DNA of 30,984 nt from a virus: the IMG/VR virus record IMGVR_UViG_3300013883_000004. One strand, written 5' to 3'. Below, one piece after another: positions 5,006-11,761 of the stretch. The position numbers and the translations under genes are program-made. Every line of letters begins with the position of its first letter. Within the stretch, counting starts at the first letter, position 1. The notes under the pieces are model-generated. The model saw nothing but the letters and a program-made list of their open reading frames with translations. It did no database searches and was not told where the DNA came from.

Positions 5006-6427
5006 ATGTCAAGATTTAACACAAAAGTAGATAACACCACTACTAATTTGGCTGGTGGTAAAGCTTTTAAGATGAATGCAGAGCAAGAGTTGCTTCACGC
5101 CGTTCTTACTACATTCCTTGAAGATAAATACTACGAGTCAGGAGATGAAAGAATAGAAAGAATTAAAACCCTTGTTTCGCAGGTTAAGCCAGAATATGTG
5201 GCTAAACTTGCGTATGTTGCTAGAAATGAGTTTAATATGAGAAGTGTTCCTATTGTTCTTTTAGGAGAGTTATCTAAGGTTCATAAAGGGGACTCTTTGG
5301 TTAAAAATGCTATTGAAAAAACTGTGGCAAGGGTTGATGATTTAACGGAATTGGTTGCATATCTAGATTGTAAACTTCCTAAGCAAGTCAAAAGAGGTAT
5401 AAGGCATTCACTTTACAAGTTTTCTCCTTATCAGTTAGCGAAATACAGAGGAGAAGGCAAAGATGTTAAATTGGTAGATGTCTTTAATCTTGTACATCCT
5501 AATCCTAAGTTTGCAACGGATAAACAGAAAGAAGCTTGGGCTAAATTAATAAAAGGAGAGCTTAAAACTACTGGACAGACTTGGGAGTCAGTGATATCTG
5601 CTTCTAAGGATAAAAAAGCTGACTGGGAGATGCTGGTCAGAGAAAACAAACTTGGGTATATGGCACTTCTAAGGAACTTGAATAACCTTATAAAAGAAGG
5701 TGTATCAGATGAGGTACTGCAATTGGCTATAAATAAGCTTACTAATAGAGAACAAGTAAAAAAATCTAAACAATTGCCATTCAGGTTTGTTACTGCATAT
5801 GAAAATGTGCAAGGCAATAGAAAACTTACAGATGCAATATCAGTAGCAATGGACTATGCGGTAGATAATACGCCAGAACTTGCTGGTAAAACGCTTATAG
5901 CAATAGACTGCTCTGGTTCGATGGAAGGAGATGCAATTCAAAAAGCTTCTATCTTTGGGGCAACATTGGCGAAAGCCAATTCTAATTCAGATGTGATTTT
6001 GTACGATACTTCTGTGAAACAGTTAACTATTTCAACAAGAACGCCAGTAATTGATGTTGCACAATATGTAGAAAAAGAAGCAATGGGGGGAGGAACTAAT
6101 ACTTCTTTGGTCTTTGAGTATGCATATCAAAGTGGAAAGTTATATGACAGAATAATAATTATTTCTGATAACGAATCTTGGCAAGATAGTTACAGTGGAT
6201 GGTATACCACACAAAATGGTACACAAGAGGCATACAACAAGTATAAGAACCTTACAAAAACAGACCCATTCGTATATGCAATAGATATTCAAGGTTATGG
6301 TACGAAAGATATTTCTAATCCTAAGGTTATACATCTTGCTGGTTGGTCATCAAGGCTATTAGATTTTATCGGATTATATGAAAAAGGTGGTTCTATTGTG
6401 GAGTATATAAACTCTGTGGAATTGTAA
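5006..6427 (+). CDS. rsr: Ro60 orthologue (Rsr): TROVE domain plus C-terminal vWA domain
   Basis: The N-terminus TNLAGGKAFKMNAEQELLHAVLTTFLEDKYYESGDERIERIK matches the TROVE signature (T-N-x-AGG-x-AF ... FYE). A MIDAS-type DxSxS motif, IAIDCSGSM, sits in the C-terminal half. At 473 aa the length suits a bacterial Rsr. Confidence 0.9.
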   Translation: MSRFNTKVDNTTTNLAGGKAFKMNAEQELLHAVLTTFLEDKYYESGDERIERIKTLVSQVKPEYVAKLAYVARNEFNMRSVPIVLLGELSKVHKGDSLVKNAIEKTVARVDDLTELVAYLDCKLPKQVKRGIRHSLYKFSPYQLAKYRGEGKDVKLVDVFNLVHPNPKFATDKQKEAWAKLIKGELKTTGQTWESVISASKDKKADWEMLVRENKLGYMALLRNLNNLIKEGVSDEVLQLAINKLTNREQVKKSKQLPFRFVTAYENVQGNRKLTDAISVAMDYAVDNTPELAGKTLIAIDCSGSMEGDAIQKASIFGATLAKANSNSDVILYDTSVKQLTISTRTPVIDVAQYVEKEAMGGGTNTSLVFEYAYQSGKLYDRIIIISDNESWQDSYSGWYTTQNGTQEAYNKYKNLTKTDPFVYAIDIQGYGTKDISNPKVIHLAGWSSRLLDFIGLYEKGGSIVEYINSVEL

Positions 6428-6459
6428 TTATATTTAGTTAATTTATTAAATAAATATAA

Positions 6460-6687
6460 ATGTGGAGAAATGATAAAGACTTCTATTATTTAGAGGAAAA
6501 AAGTTCAGTTAGTCTGTTAAAAGCCATTTTGGTAAAAATATTTGGAATTAGAATAATGGCTTATGATATTGAAAATAATATTGTAACCGTAGTTGAGATG
6601 TATCGGTATGGAGGAGAGAGTTATATAACGAAAGAATATTCAATTAAATTAGATAAAAGAAAGAATAATGAAGAAACTACGACTTAA
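6460..6687 (+). CDS. Hypothetical protein (75 aa)
   Basis: ORF preceded by AATTTATTAAA at 6440-6450. Confidence 0.5.
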   Translation: MWRNDKDFYYLEEKSSVSLLKAILVKIFGIRIMAYDIENNIVTVVEMYRYGGESYITKEYSIKLDKRKNNEETTT

Positions 6688-6835
6688 ATATAAGGTGTTG
6701 TTTTGGTTCTTGTTCTTTGTAACGCCTGTTATGATTTGTGGTTGGGTTAATACCGAAAACCACTTATACAATCTTATCCCGTTATGTATTGTTATTTATG
6801 GGGTAGTTGATATATTAGTTGGTGATTGGGATTGA
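6668..6835 (+). CDS. Small two-TM membrane protein (55 aa), below the ORF-track cutoff
   Basis: Hand translation gives MKKLRLKYKVLFWFLFFVTPVMICGWVNTENHLYNLIPLCIVIYGVVDILVGDWD. It fills an otherwise empty gap. Confidence 0.45.
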   Translation: MKKLRLKYKVLFWFLFFVTPVMICGWVNTENHLYNLIPLCIVIYGVVDILVGDWD

Positions 6836-6862
6836 AAGTAATTAAATTATTAAACAAACAAA

Positions 6863-7117
6863 ATGAATATTAGAGAAGAATTAAAGAAACTCTTAAGTAA
6901 TTGTTCTGAAGAAAGCTTTTTTCATGAGGTTAATAATGGGATTAAAAAGACTGAGATGAGAAATATGATAATTTTTTGTATAGATGAGCTATTAACAATG
7001 AGTTTTGATGAAGGAAGACGATATCAAATGAAAATAGATGGAGAAGTGTATAGAATGCCTCTTGAGAGTTTTAAACATAGTGATGAAATAGATAAATTGT
7101 TAAAAGAAGAAAAATGA
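6863..7117 (+). CDS. Hypothetical protein (84 aa)
   Basis: ORF preceded by AAATTATTAAA at 6844-6854. Confidence 0.55.
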   Translation: MNIREELKKLLSNCSEESFFHEVNNGIKKTEMRNMIIFCIDELLTMSFDEGRRYQMKIDGEVYRMPLESFKHSDEIDKLLKEEK

Positions 7118-7201
7118 AAAGAAGAAAGAAAAATAAATAAGCAAACAACACCAGATGGTCTTAAAGAATTCTGCAGACTGGAAAAGATAGCTAAAGGATA
7201 C

Positions 7202-7564
7202 TTGGGCTTAAAAAAAGATAAAACAAGTGGAGAGTGGAAAGATATACAGAGAGAAATTGCAATAGATATATCTGATATTAGAACACATATTTCTTTTAAT
7301 GATTACGGAAAGACAGAGGGTTTGCTAAAAGATATAGAGCAACAGATTACTAAGTTTGATAGAGAATTAGGGTTAGAGAAACAGAAGAGTTTTGAAGAAG
7401 GGGTTAAACAAGGAAGGCAGTCAATAGTTGCAGAAGTATCTGTAAGTGAGAATATGGATAAAATAGAAAGGTTCTTTTTAAGTTGCCCAATAGATTATGA
7501 CGATAAGTGCAGGTTATGGTTTGATTTTATTAAGGATTTAGTCTTTGATAAAGAGTGGGATTAA
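7202..7564 (+). CDS. Hypothetical protein (about 120 aa), start uncertain
   Basis: The frame is open from 7166 with no in-frame ATG near the start. The track uses TTG at 7202. Confidence 0.5.
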   Translation: MGLKKDKTSGEWKDIQREIAIDISDIRTHISFNDYGKTEGLLKDIEQQITKFDRELGLEKQKSFEEGVKQGRQSIVAEVSVSENMDKIERFFLSCPIDYDDKCRLWFDFIKDLVFDKEWD

Positions 7565-7586
7565 TTTAATTTTTAATTTTATATTT

Positions 7587-7820
7587 ATGGAGAAAGAAAC
7601 AAAAAAGGGAGAAGAAACTAACACAATGGCAATCATTGCACTGGTTGCCTCACTAACAGGATTCTTCTATATGAGTATGTTCAGTATAGTAGGTTTTATT
7701 CTTGGAGTAATTGCTATGAAGCAGATTGAAAGAACAGGAGAAAAGGGAAAAGGATTAGCAGAAGCATCTGTAATTTTGGGAGTGATTGCTATGGTTGTTC
7801 TTTTCTTTACTTTAATTTGA
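7587..7820 (+). CDS. DUF4190-like two-TM membrane protein
   Basis: MAIIALVASLTGFF...GFILGVIAMKQIERTGEKGKGLAEASVILGVIAMVV resembles the DUF4190 pattern of two TM helices flanking QI-R-G. I chose the ATG at 7587 (MEKETKK). Confidence 0.55.
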   Translation: MEKETKKGEETNTMAIIALVASLTGFFYMSMFSIVGFILGVIAMKQIERTGEKGKGLAEASVILGVIAMVVLFFTLI

Positions 7821-7822
7821 TA

Positions 7823-8008
7823 ATGGAATGTAGAATGAGTAGGGTATTAGAAGATATTTTAGAAACAAAAGAATACGGTTTATTGAAGTTGACATTAAAG
7901 GTTAACGATGACAAAGCATCTGCATTATTAGAAGAAGACCCTCCAATAGGAGATGGAATCTTTTGCTATACGAACCCAACAGAAAAAATGAGATTATCTC
8001 ACAAATAA
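7823..8008 (+). CDS. Hypothetical protein (about 61 aa)
   Basis: ORF whose first ATG is at 7823. The track start at 7817 is a TTG. Confidence 0.45.
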   Translation: MECRMSRVLEDILETKEYGLLKLTLKVNDDKASALLEEDPPIGDGIFCYTNPTEKMRLSHK

Positions 8009-8093
8009 AATCTTCAATGACAAAAGAGAATTATTTAATAGTGGAGTTATTAGACAAATTATCTAAACTTAAAAATAATAAAGGAAGAAAGAA

Positions 8094-8339
8094 ATGAAGA
8101 AAAGGAATAAAGATTGGGAGAAGGATTTTGGGGAGAAAGTTTTAGAAATTGTAAACAAGTGGGAAGAATGTACTTCTGAGGGCGGTATTTACTGGGAAAC
8201 TTGTTACTGGGGAGACAGTGAAGGAAAGGACCCTGAAAAAGAAATCGTTAAAGAAGTCAACAAATTGTTAAAAGATTATCTAAAATTAAGTAAAAGGGGA
8301 AATGAAAGTAATACAGACAGAACTAAAAAACTACAATAG
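8094..8339 (+). CDS. Hypothetical protein (81 aa)
   Basis: ORF with a purine-rich AAGGAAGAAAGAA leader. Confidence 0.55.
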   Translation: MKKRNKDWEKDFGEKVLEIVNKWEECTSEGGIYWETCYWGDSEGKDPEKEIVKEVNKLLKDYLKLSKRGNESNTDRTKKLQ

Positions 8340-8685
8340 AAGAAGTGATAACAGTGTAAGTTTAAGAGTAGATAGTTTAGTTGAGATGAGCAGTGAAGAT
8401 ATTGCGGATATAGATAGACACAGAGGAGATGTTGCAATAGTTGTTTTAACAGACAGTACTGTTGGAAATGAAGTTAATGTTGATATTGATGATATTCTAA
8501 AAAACCTACCAGAGAATGATACACTAGAAAATTACAAAAGTCCTAGTAAAAGATTTAGAGATGTTTTATGGAGATTATTAGAGCAGAGGTTAGGAAGAAA
8601 ACCTAGTGAAGAAGAGTTTGCAGAATACTACAAAAAAGAATATGAAAAAATAATTAATCATTATAAAGATAAGTTTGAGGATTAA
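8302..8685 (+). CDS. Hypothetical protein (127 aa)
   Basis: ORF overlapping the previous gene by 38 nt, with no motif I can name. Confidence 0.55.
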   Translation: MKVIQTELKNYNRRSDNSVSLRVDSLVEMSSEDIADIDRHRGDVAIVVLTDSTVGNEVNVDIDDILKNLPENDTLENYKSPSKRFRDVLWRLLEQRLGRKPSEEEFAEYYKKEYEKIINHYKDKFED

Positions 8686-8689
8686 AGAT

Positions 8690-8911
8690 ATGAAAAAGAT
8701 GTTTAACGGAAAAGAAATAGCAAGAAAATACGGATTACCTTACATAACTGTAATGAAGAGAATTGAAAGTAAATACGCACAGGAAAGATGGGGTGTGGTT
8801 ACTTTTGTTCTTCCTGATGGAACAATAAGAAAGTTTGTACCAGAAGATAAATTGTATCTTTGGGAGAGAAATGTCAGTTATGTCGGAAGACCGAAAAGCA
8901 AGGAACTTTAA
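8690..8911 (+). CDS. Small putative DNA-binding (HTH-like) protein
   Basis: The segment GKEIARKYGLPYITVMKRIES is helix-turn-helix-like. The ATG at 8690 is preceded by GAGGA at 8677-8681. Confidence 0.4.
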   Translation: MKKMFNGKEIARKYGLPYITVMKRIESKYAQERWGVVTFVLPDGTIRKFVPEDKLYLWERNVSYVGRPKSKEL

Positions 8912-9341
8912 TACTGATTTGCTACTTGGAAAGAAAGCAGAAAGGTTTATTAAAGAATTACTAGTTGCAGAGTATCCTAATATAGAAATTGTTGAAGGAT
9001 ACGAAAAAGGTTTTGATTTAGTCGACAAGATAACTGGATACAAAGCGGAAGTTAAGTTTGATTGGGAAAGTAGAAAAACGGATAATATAGCAATTGAGTA
9101 TCTATACAAAGGCAAGAAGTCAGGAATATCAGATACAAGTGCCTATGAATGGTTTCAAGTTTTCTATTTTAATAAAAGTTGGTATGTATTTAGATGTAAG
9201 GTTTCAGAGTTAAGAAGTTTTCTAAGAAGTAATTTTAAGTATTTAAGCAAAGTTAAAGGTGGGGACAACCTTGATAGTAGTTTAATTTTAATAAGTAAAA
9301 AGTTAATAATAGATAGGTTTGACTTTTGGAAGATTAAGTAG
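8871..9341 (+). CDS. Putative PD-(D/E)XK-family nuclease
   Basis: GFDLVD...YKAEVKFD gives a D...E-x-K arrangement. The gene lies in the recombination neighbourhood. The start is taken at MSVMSEDRK. Confidence 0.45.
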   Translation: MSVMSEDRKARNFNTDLLLGKKAERFIKELLVAEYPNIEIVEGYEKGFDLVDKITGYKAEVKFDWESRKTDNIAIEYLYKGKKSGISDTSAYEWFQVFYFNKSWYVFRCKVSELRSFLRSNFKYLSKVKGGDNLDSSLILISKKLIIDRFDFWKIK

Positions 9342-9390
9342 GTGTTGTTAGATATATTGACAAGTTGCTTGGAAAGTGAAAATATTAAGT

Positions 9391-9807
9391 ATGGCTAAAA
9401 GTGAGTATAAGAGAGCAAAGGATAGAGCTTGGAAATGGTTTAGTTTATATGTCAGGGCAAGAGATTGTTTAGAAACAACTGGGACGGTAGAGTTTGGCAA
9501 GTGTGTAACTTGTGGTAGAGAGTTTGACTTCAAAGATTTACAGGCTGGACACTTTGTTCAAGGGAGAGGAAACGGAGTGTTATTTTCAGAGATGGGAGTT
9601 CACGCTCAATGTAGACAGTGCAATATTTTTAACAGAGGAAAGTTAGACGAGTATGCGAAATATATGTATAATAGATATGATAAAGAAGCAGTAGATAATC
9701 TTATTGCGAATAAATACAACCTTGTTAAGTTTACTTTATCAGACTTAGAGAGGATAGGAGATAAATATAAGAAGAAATACCAGAAACTTGTAGATGAACA
9801 TTCATAA
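9391..9807 (+). CDS. ninG: NinG/Rap-like recombination protein
   Basis: WKWFSLYVRARD...CVTCGREF...AGHFVQGRGN...HAQCRQCNIFNRGKLDEY matches the NinG pattern (YIR-RD, CxxCG, AGH(Y/F), QCxxCN...G). A GTG at 9376 is an alternative start. Confidence 0.65.
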   Translation: MAKSEYKRAKDRAWKWFSLYVRARDCLETTGTVEFGKCVTCGREFDFKDLQAGHFVQGRGNGVLFSEMGVHAQCRQCNIFNRGKLDEYAKYMYNRYDKEAVDNLIANKYNLVKFTLSDLERIGDKYKKKYQKLVDEHS

Positions 9808-9824
9808 ATTAATATTTAATAAAA

Positions 9825-9968
9825 ATGCCTTTCAAGATAATCAAAAAAGGGAAAAACAAAGGAAAGTATAAAAGCCCTAGTGGAAAGGTGTTTTCAAAGA
9901 AACAGGTAACTGCTTATTATGCAACTTCTGGTTTTAAGAAGATTAAGAAGAAAGTAAAAAGGAAATAA
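9825..9968 (+). CDS. Small highly basic protein (47 aa), below the track cutoff
   Basis: Hand translation gives MPFKIIKKGKNKGKYKSPSGKVFSKKQVTAYYATSGFKKIKKKVKRK. Confidence 0.4.
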   Translation: MPFKIIKKGKNKGKYKSPSGKVFSKKQVTAYYATSGFKKIKKKVKRK

Positions 9969-9986
9969 GTTTTTATTGAATAAGAT

Positions 9987-10166
9987 ATGGCAAAGAAGAA
10001 ATGGATACAACAGGCAATTAAGAAGCCTGGTGCATTAAAAAGAAGTTTGAAAGTTAAGTCAGGAAAGAAGATACCAGCAAAGAAATTAAAGATAGGAAAG
10101 AAGGATACAACCTTAATGAAGAGAAGAAAAACACTTGCAAAGACATTAAGAAAGTTTCATAAATAA
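9987..10166 (+). CDS. Small highly basic protein (59 aa), below the track cutoff
   Basis: Hand translation gives MAKKKWIQQAIKKPGALKRSLKVKSGKKIPAKKLKIGKKDTTLMKRRKTLAKTLRKFHK. The KWIQ-AIKKPGAL ... LAKTLRKF pattern recalls a widespread small conserved family whose name I cannot give. Confidence 0.45.
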   Translation: MAKKKWIQQAIKKPGALKRSLKVKSGKKIPAKKLKIGKKDTTLMKRRKTLAKTLRKFHK

Positions 10167-10189
10167 AGTTAACTTGTTGACATACAGAT

Positions 10190-11314
10190 ATGAAATGGCA
10201 CACAGAGGTTAGAAAAGTATCTGAATTAAAGAATTGGGAGGATAATCCTAGAACAATTAGTCAAGAAGCATACAAAGAATTAAAAGAAAGTATAGGAGAT
10301 TTAGGTAATTTTGAGCCATTGGTAATTGATACAGATGGTACAGTGTTGGCAGGAAATCAAAGGTTAAGGATTCATATTGAGAATGGAGATAAGGAAGTTG
10401 AAGTAAGTGTTCCTGAAAGAAAATTAACAGAAGAAGAAATAAAGAAGATAGGAGTAATCAGCAATAGGCATAGTGGGGAATGGGATATGGACAAATTGGC
10501 GAATGGTTTTGAAGATATTTTAGAAGAATTAGGGGCTGACGACTTATTGCCAGAGGAGGCATTAGAAGTTGAGGAAGATGATTATGAAGAGCCTGATGAT
10601 TTGGAAACAACTATTGTTTTAGGGGATATTTACCAACTAGGAAACCACAGGCTTATGTGCGGAGATAGCACAAAGGTGGAAGATGTAGAAAAACTAATGA
10701 ATGGGCAAAAGGCTGATATGGTATTTACAGACCCTCCTTATGGAATAAGTTTTCAATCCAACAAGAGGGAGAAATCGCCAAAGTTTGATATGCTCAAAAA
10801 TGATGATGTGTTATTAACAGATTGGATAGCACCTGCAACCTTATTCTCTGATGGGTGGTTTTTATTTTTTACAACTTGGAAAGTGCTTGGAAAGTGGTTA
10901 AAAGCTGGTGAGATGATAGGGGAGCTTTCAAATATGATTATTTGGGATAAGGGTGGTGGTGGTATTGGGGATTTGAAACACACACTTTATACAGACTACG
11001 AGATTATACTTGCATATAATAGGGGTAATAAAGTTATAGGAAAGAGGATAGGGAGTATTTGGAATATTTGCAAAGATGACCCTAATATTTATAAACACCC
11101 CACACAGAAACCTGTTGAACTTGCTGTACAAGCGATACAGACACTCTCTGATGGAGATATATTGGACTTGTTTGGTGGTTCAGGTTCAACTTTAATAGCT
11201 TGTGAACAAACTAATAGAAAATGTTATATGATGGAAATTGACCCATATTACTGCCAAGTTATAATTGACAGGTGGGAGAAATATACGGGAGAAAAAGCAG
11301 TTAAGTTAACATAA
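10190..11314 (+). CDS. ParB-like nuclease domain fused to an N6-adenine/N4-cytosine DNA methyltransferase
   Basis: The N-terminal ParB-like part reads NPRTISQEAYKELKESI...PLVID..GTVLAGNQRLR. The methyltransferase has motif IV FTDPPYG before motif I DLFGGSGSTLIA, which is the beta-class order. Confidence 0.85.
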   Translation: MKWHTEVRKVSELKNWEDNPRTISQEAYKELKESIGDLGNFEPLVIDTDGTVLAGNQRLRIHIENGDKEVEVSVPERKLTEEEIKKIGVISNRHSGEWDMDKLANGFEDILEELGADDLLPEEALEVEEDDYEEPDDLETTIVLGDIYQLGNHRLMCGDSTKVEDVEKLMNGQKADMVFTDPPYGISFQSNKREKSPKFDMLKNDDVLLTDWIAPATLFSDGWFLFFTTWKVLGKWLKAGEMIGELSNMIIWDKGGGGIGDLKHTLYTDYEIILAYNRGNKVIGKRIGSIWNICKDDPNIYKHPTQKPVELAVQAIQTLSDGDILDLFGGSGSTLIACEQTNRKCYMMEIDPYYCQVIIDRWEKYTGEKAVKLT

Positions 11315-11320
11315 TGTAAG

Positions 11321-11761
11321 ATGGAAAACACGAAAGAAAACACAGGAAAAATTGTTGGAGGTGCAAGTGGAAAAGGTTTTGATGTTAATGGGCAACCTAG
11401 TCCAGAAGCAAAGAAGGCAGGTTGGGAAAGAAGAAGGGAGGCACAGAAAATCCTTGATGAGTTTATGCGACAGGCTGATATGAGCTACAAAGAAATCAAG
11501 GACTTGTTAAACGATATTAAGAAGAATCCTCAAAATCATACATTAAGGGAAGTAAAAATAGCTAATTATTTAATGAGCGGGAAGTATACGGTAGACTGGT
11601 TAAACAGGCATATTAGTAACGCACCGCAGGAGGTAGATATTACTTCTAAGGGAAAGGCAATTAAGAAATATACATTTGAAATAGTAAATGCAAAAGACAG
11701 TAATGAACAATCAGAAGCGGGAAGAAGAGAAGATAATAAAAGCGACACACCTACTGACTGA
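11321..11761 (+). CDS. terS: Terminase small subunit (putative)
   Basis: The gene sits immediately upstream of TerL and overlaps it. The Gly/Lys-rich N-terminus GGASGKGFDVNGQPSPEAKKAGWERRREA is typical of small terminase subunits. Confidence 0.55.
   Translation: MENTKENTGKIVGGASGKGFDVNGQPSPEAKKAGWERRREAQKILDEFMRQADMSYKEIKDLLNDIKKNPQNHTLREVKIANYLMSGKYTVDWLNRHISNAPQEVDITSKGKAIKKYTFEIVNAKDSNEQSEAGRREDNKSDTPTD

Noticed and set aside
10177-10182. TTGACA hexamer just upstream of the methyltransferase gene as a promoter
   Set aside because: It ends only 7 nt before the ATG at 10190. The sequence 17 nt downstream (ACACAG) is not a -10, so it cannot drive this gene.
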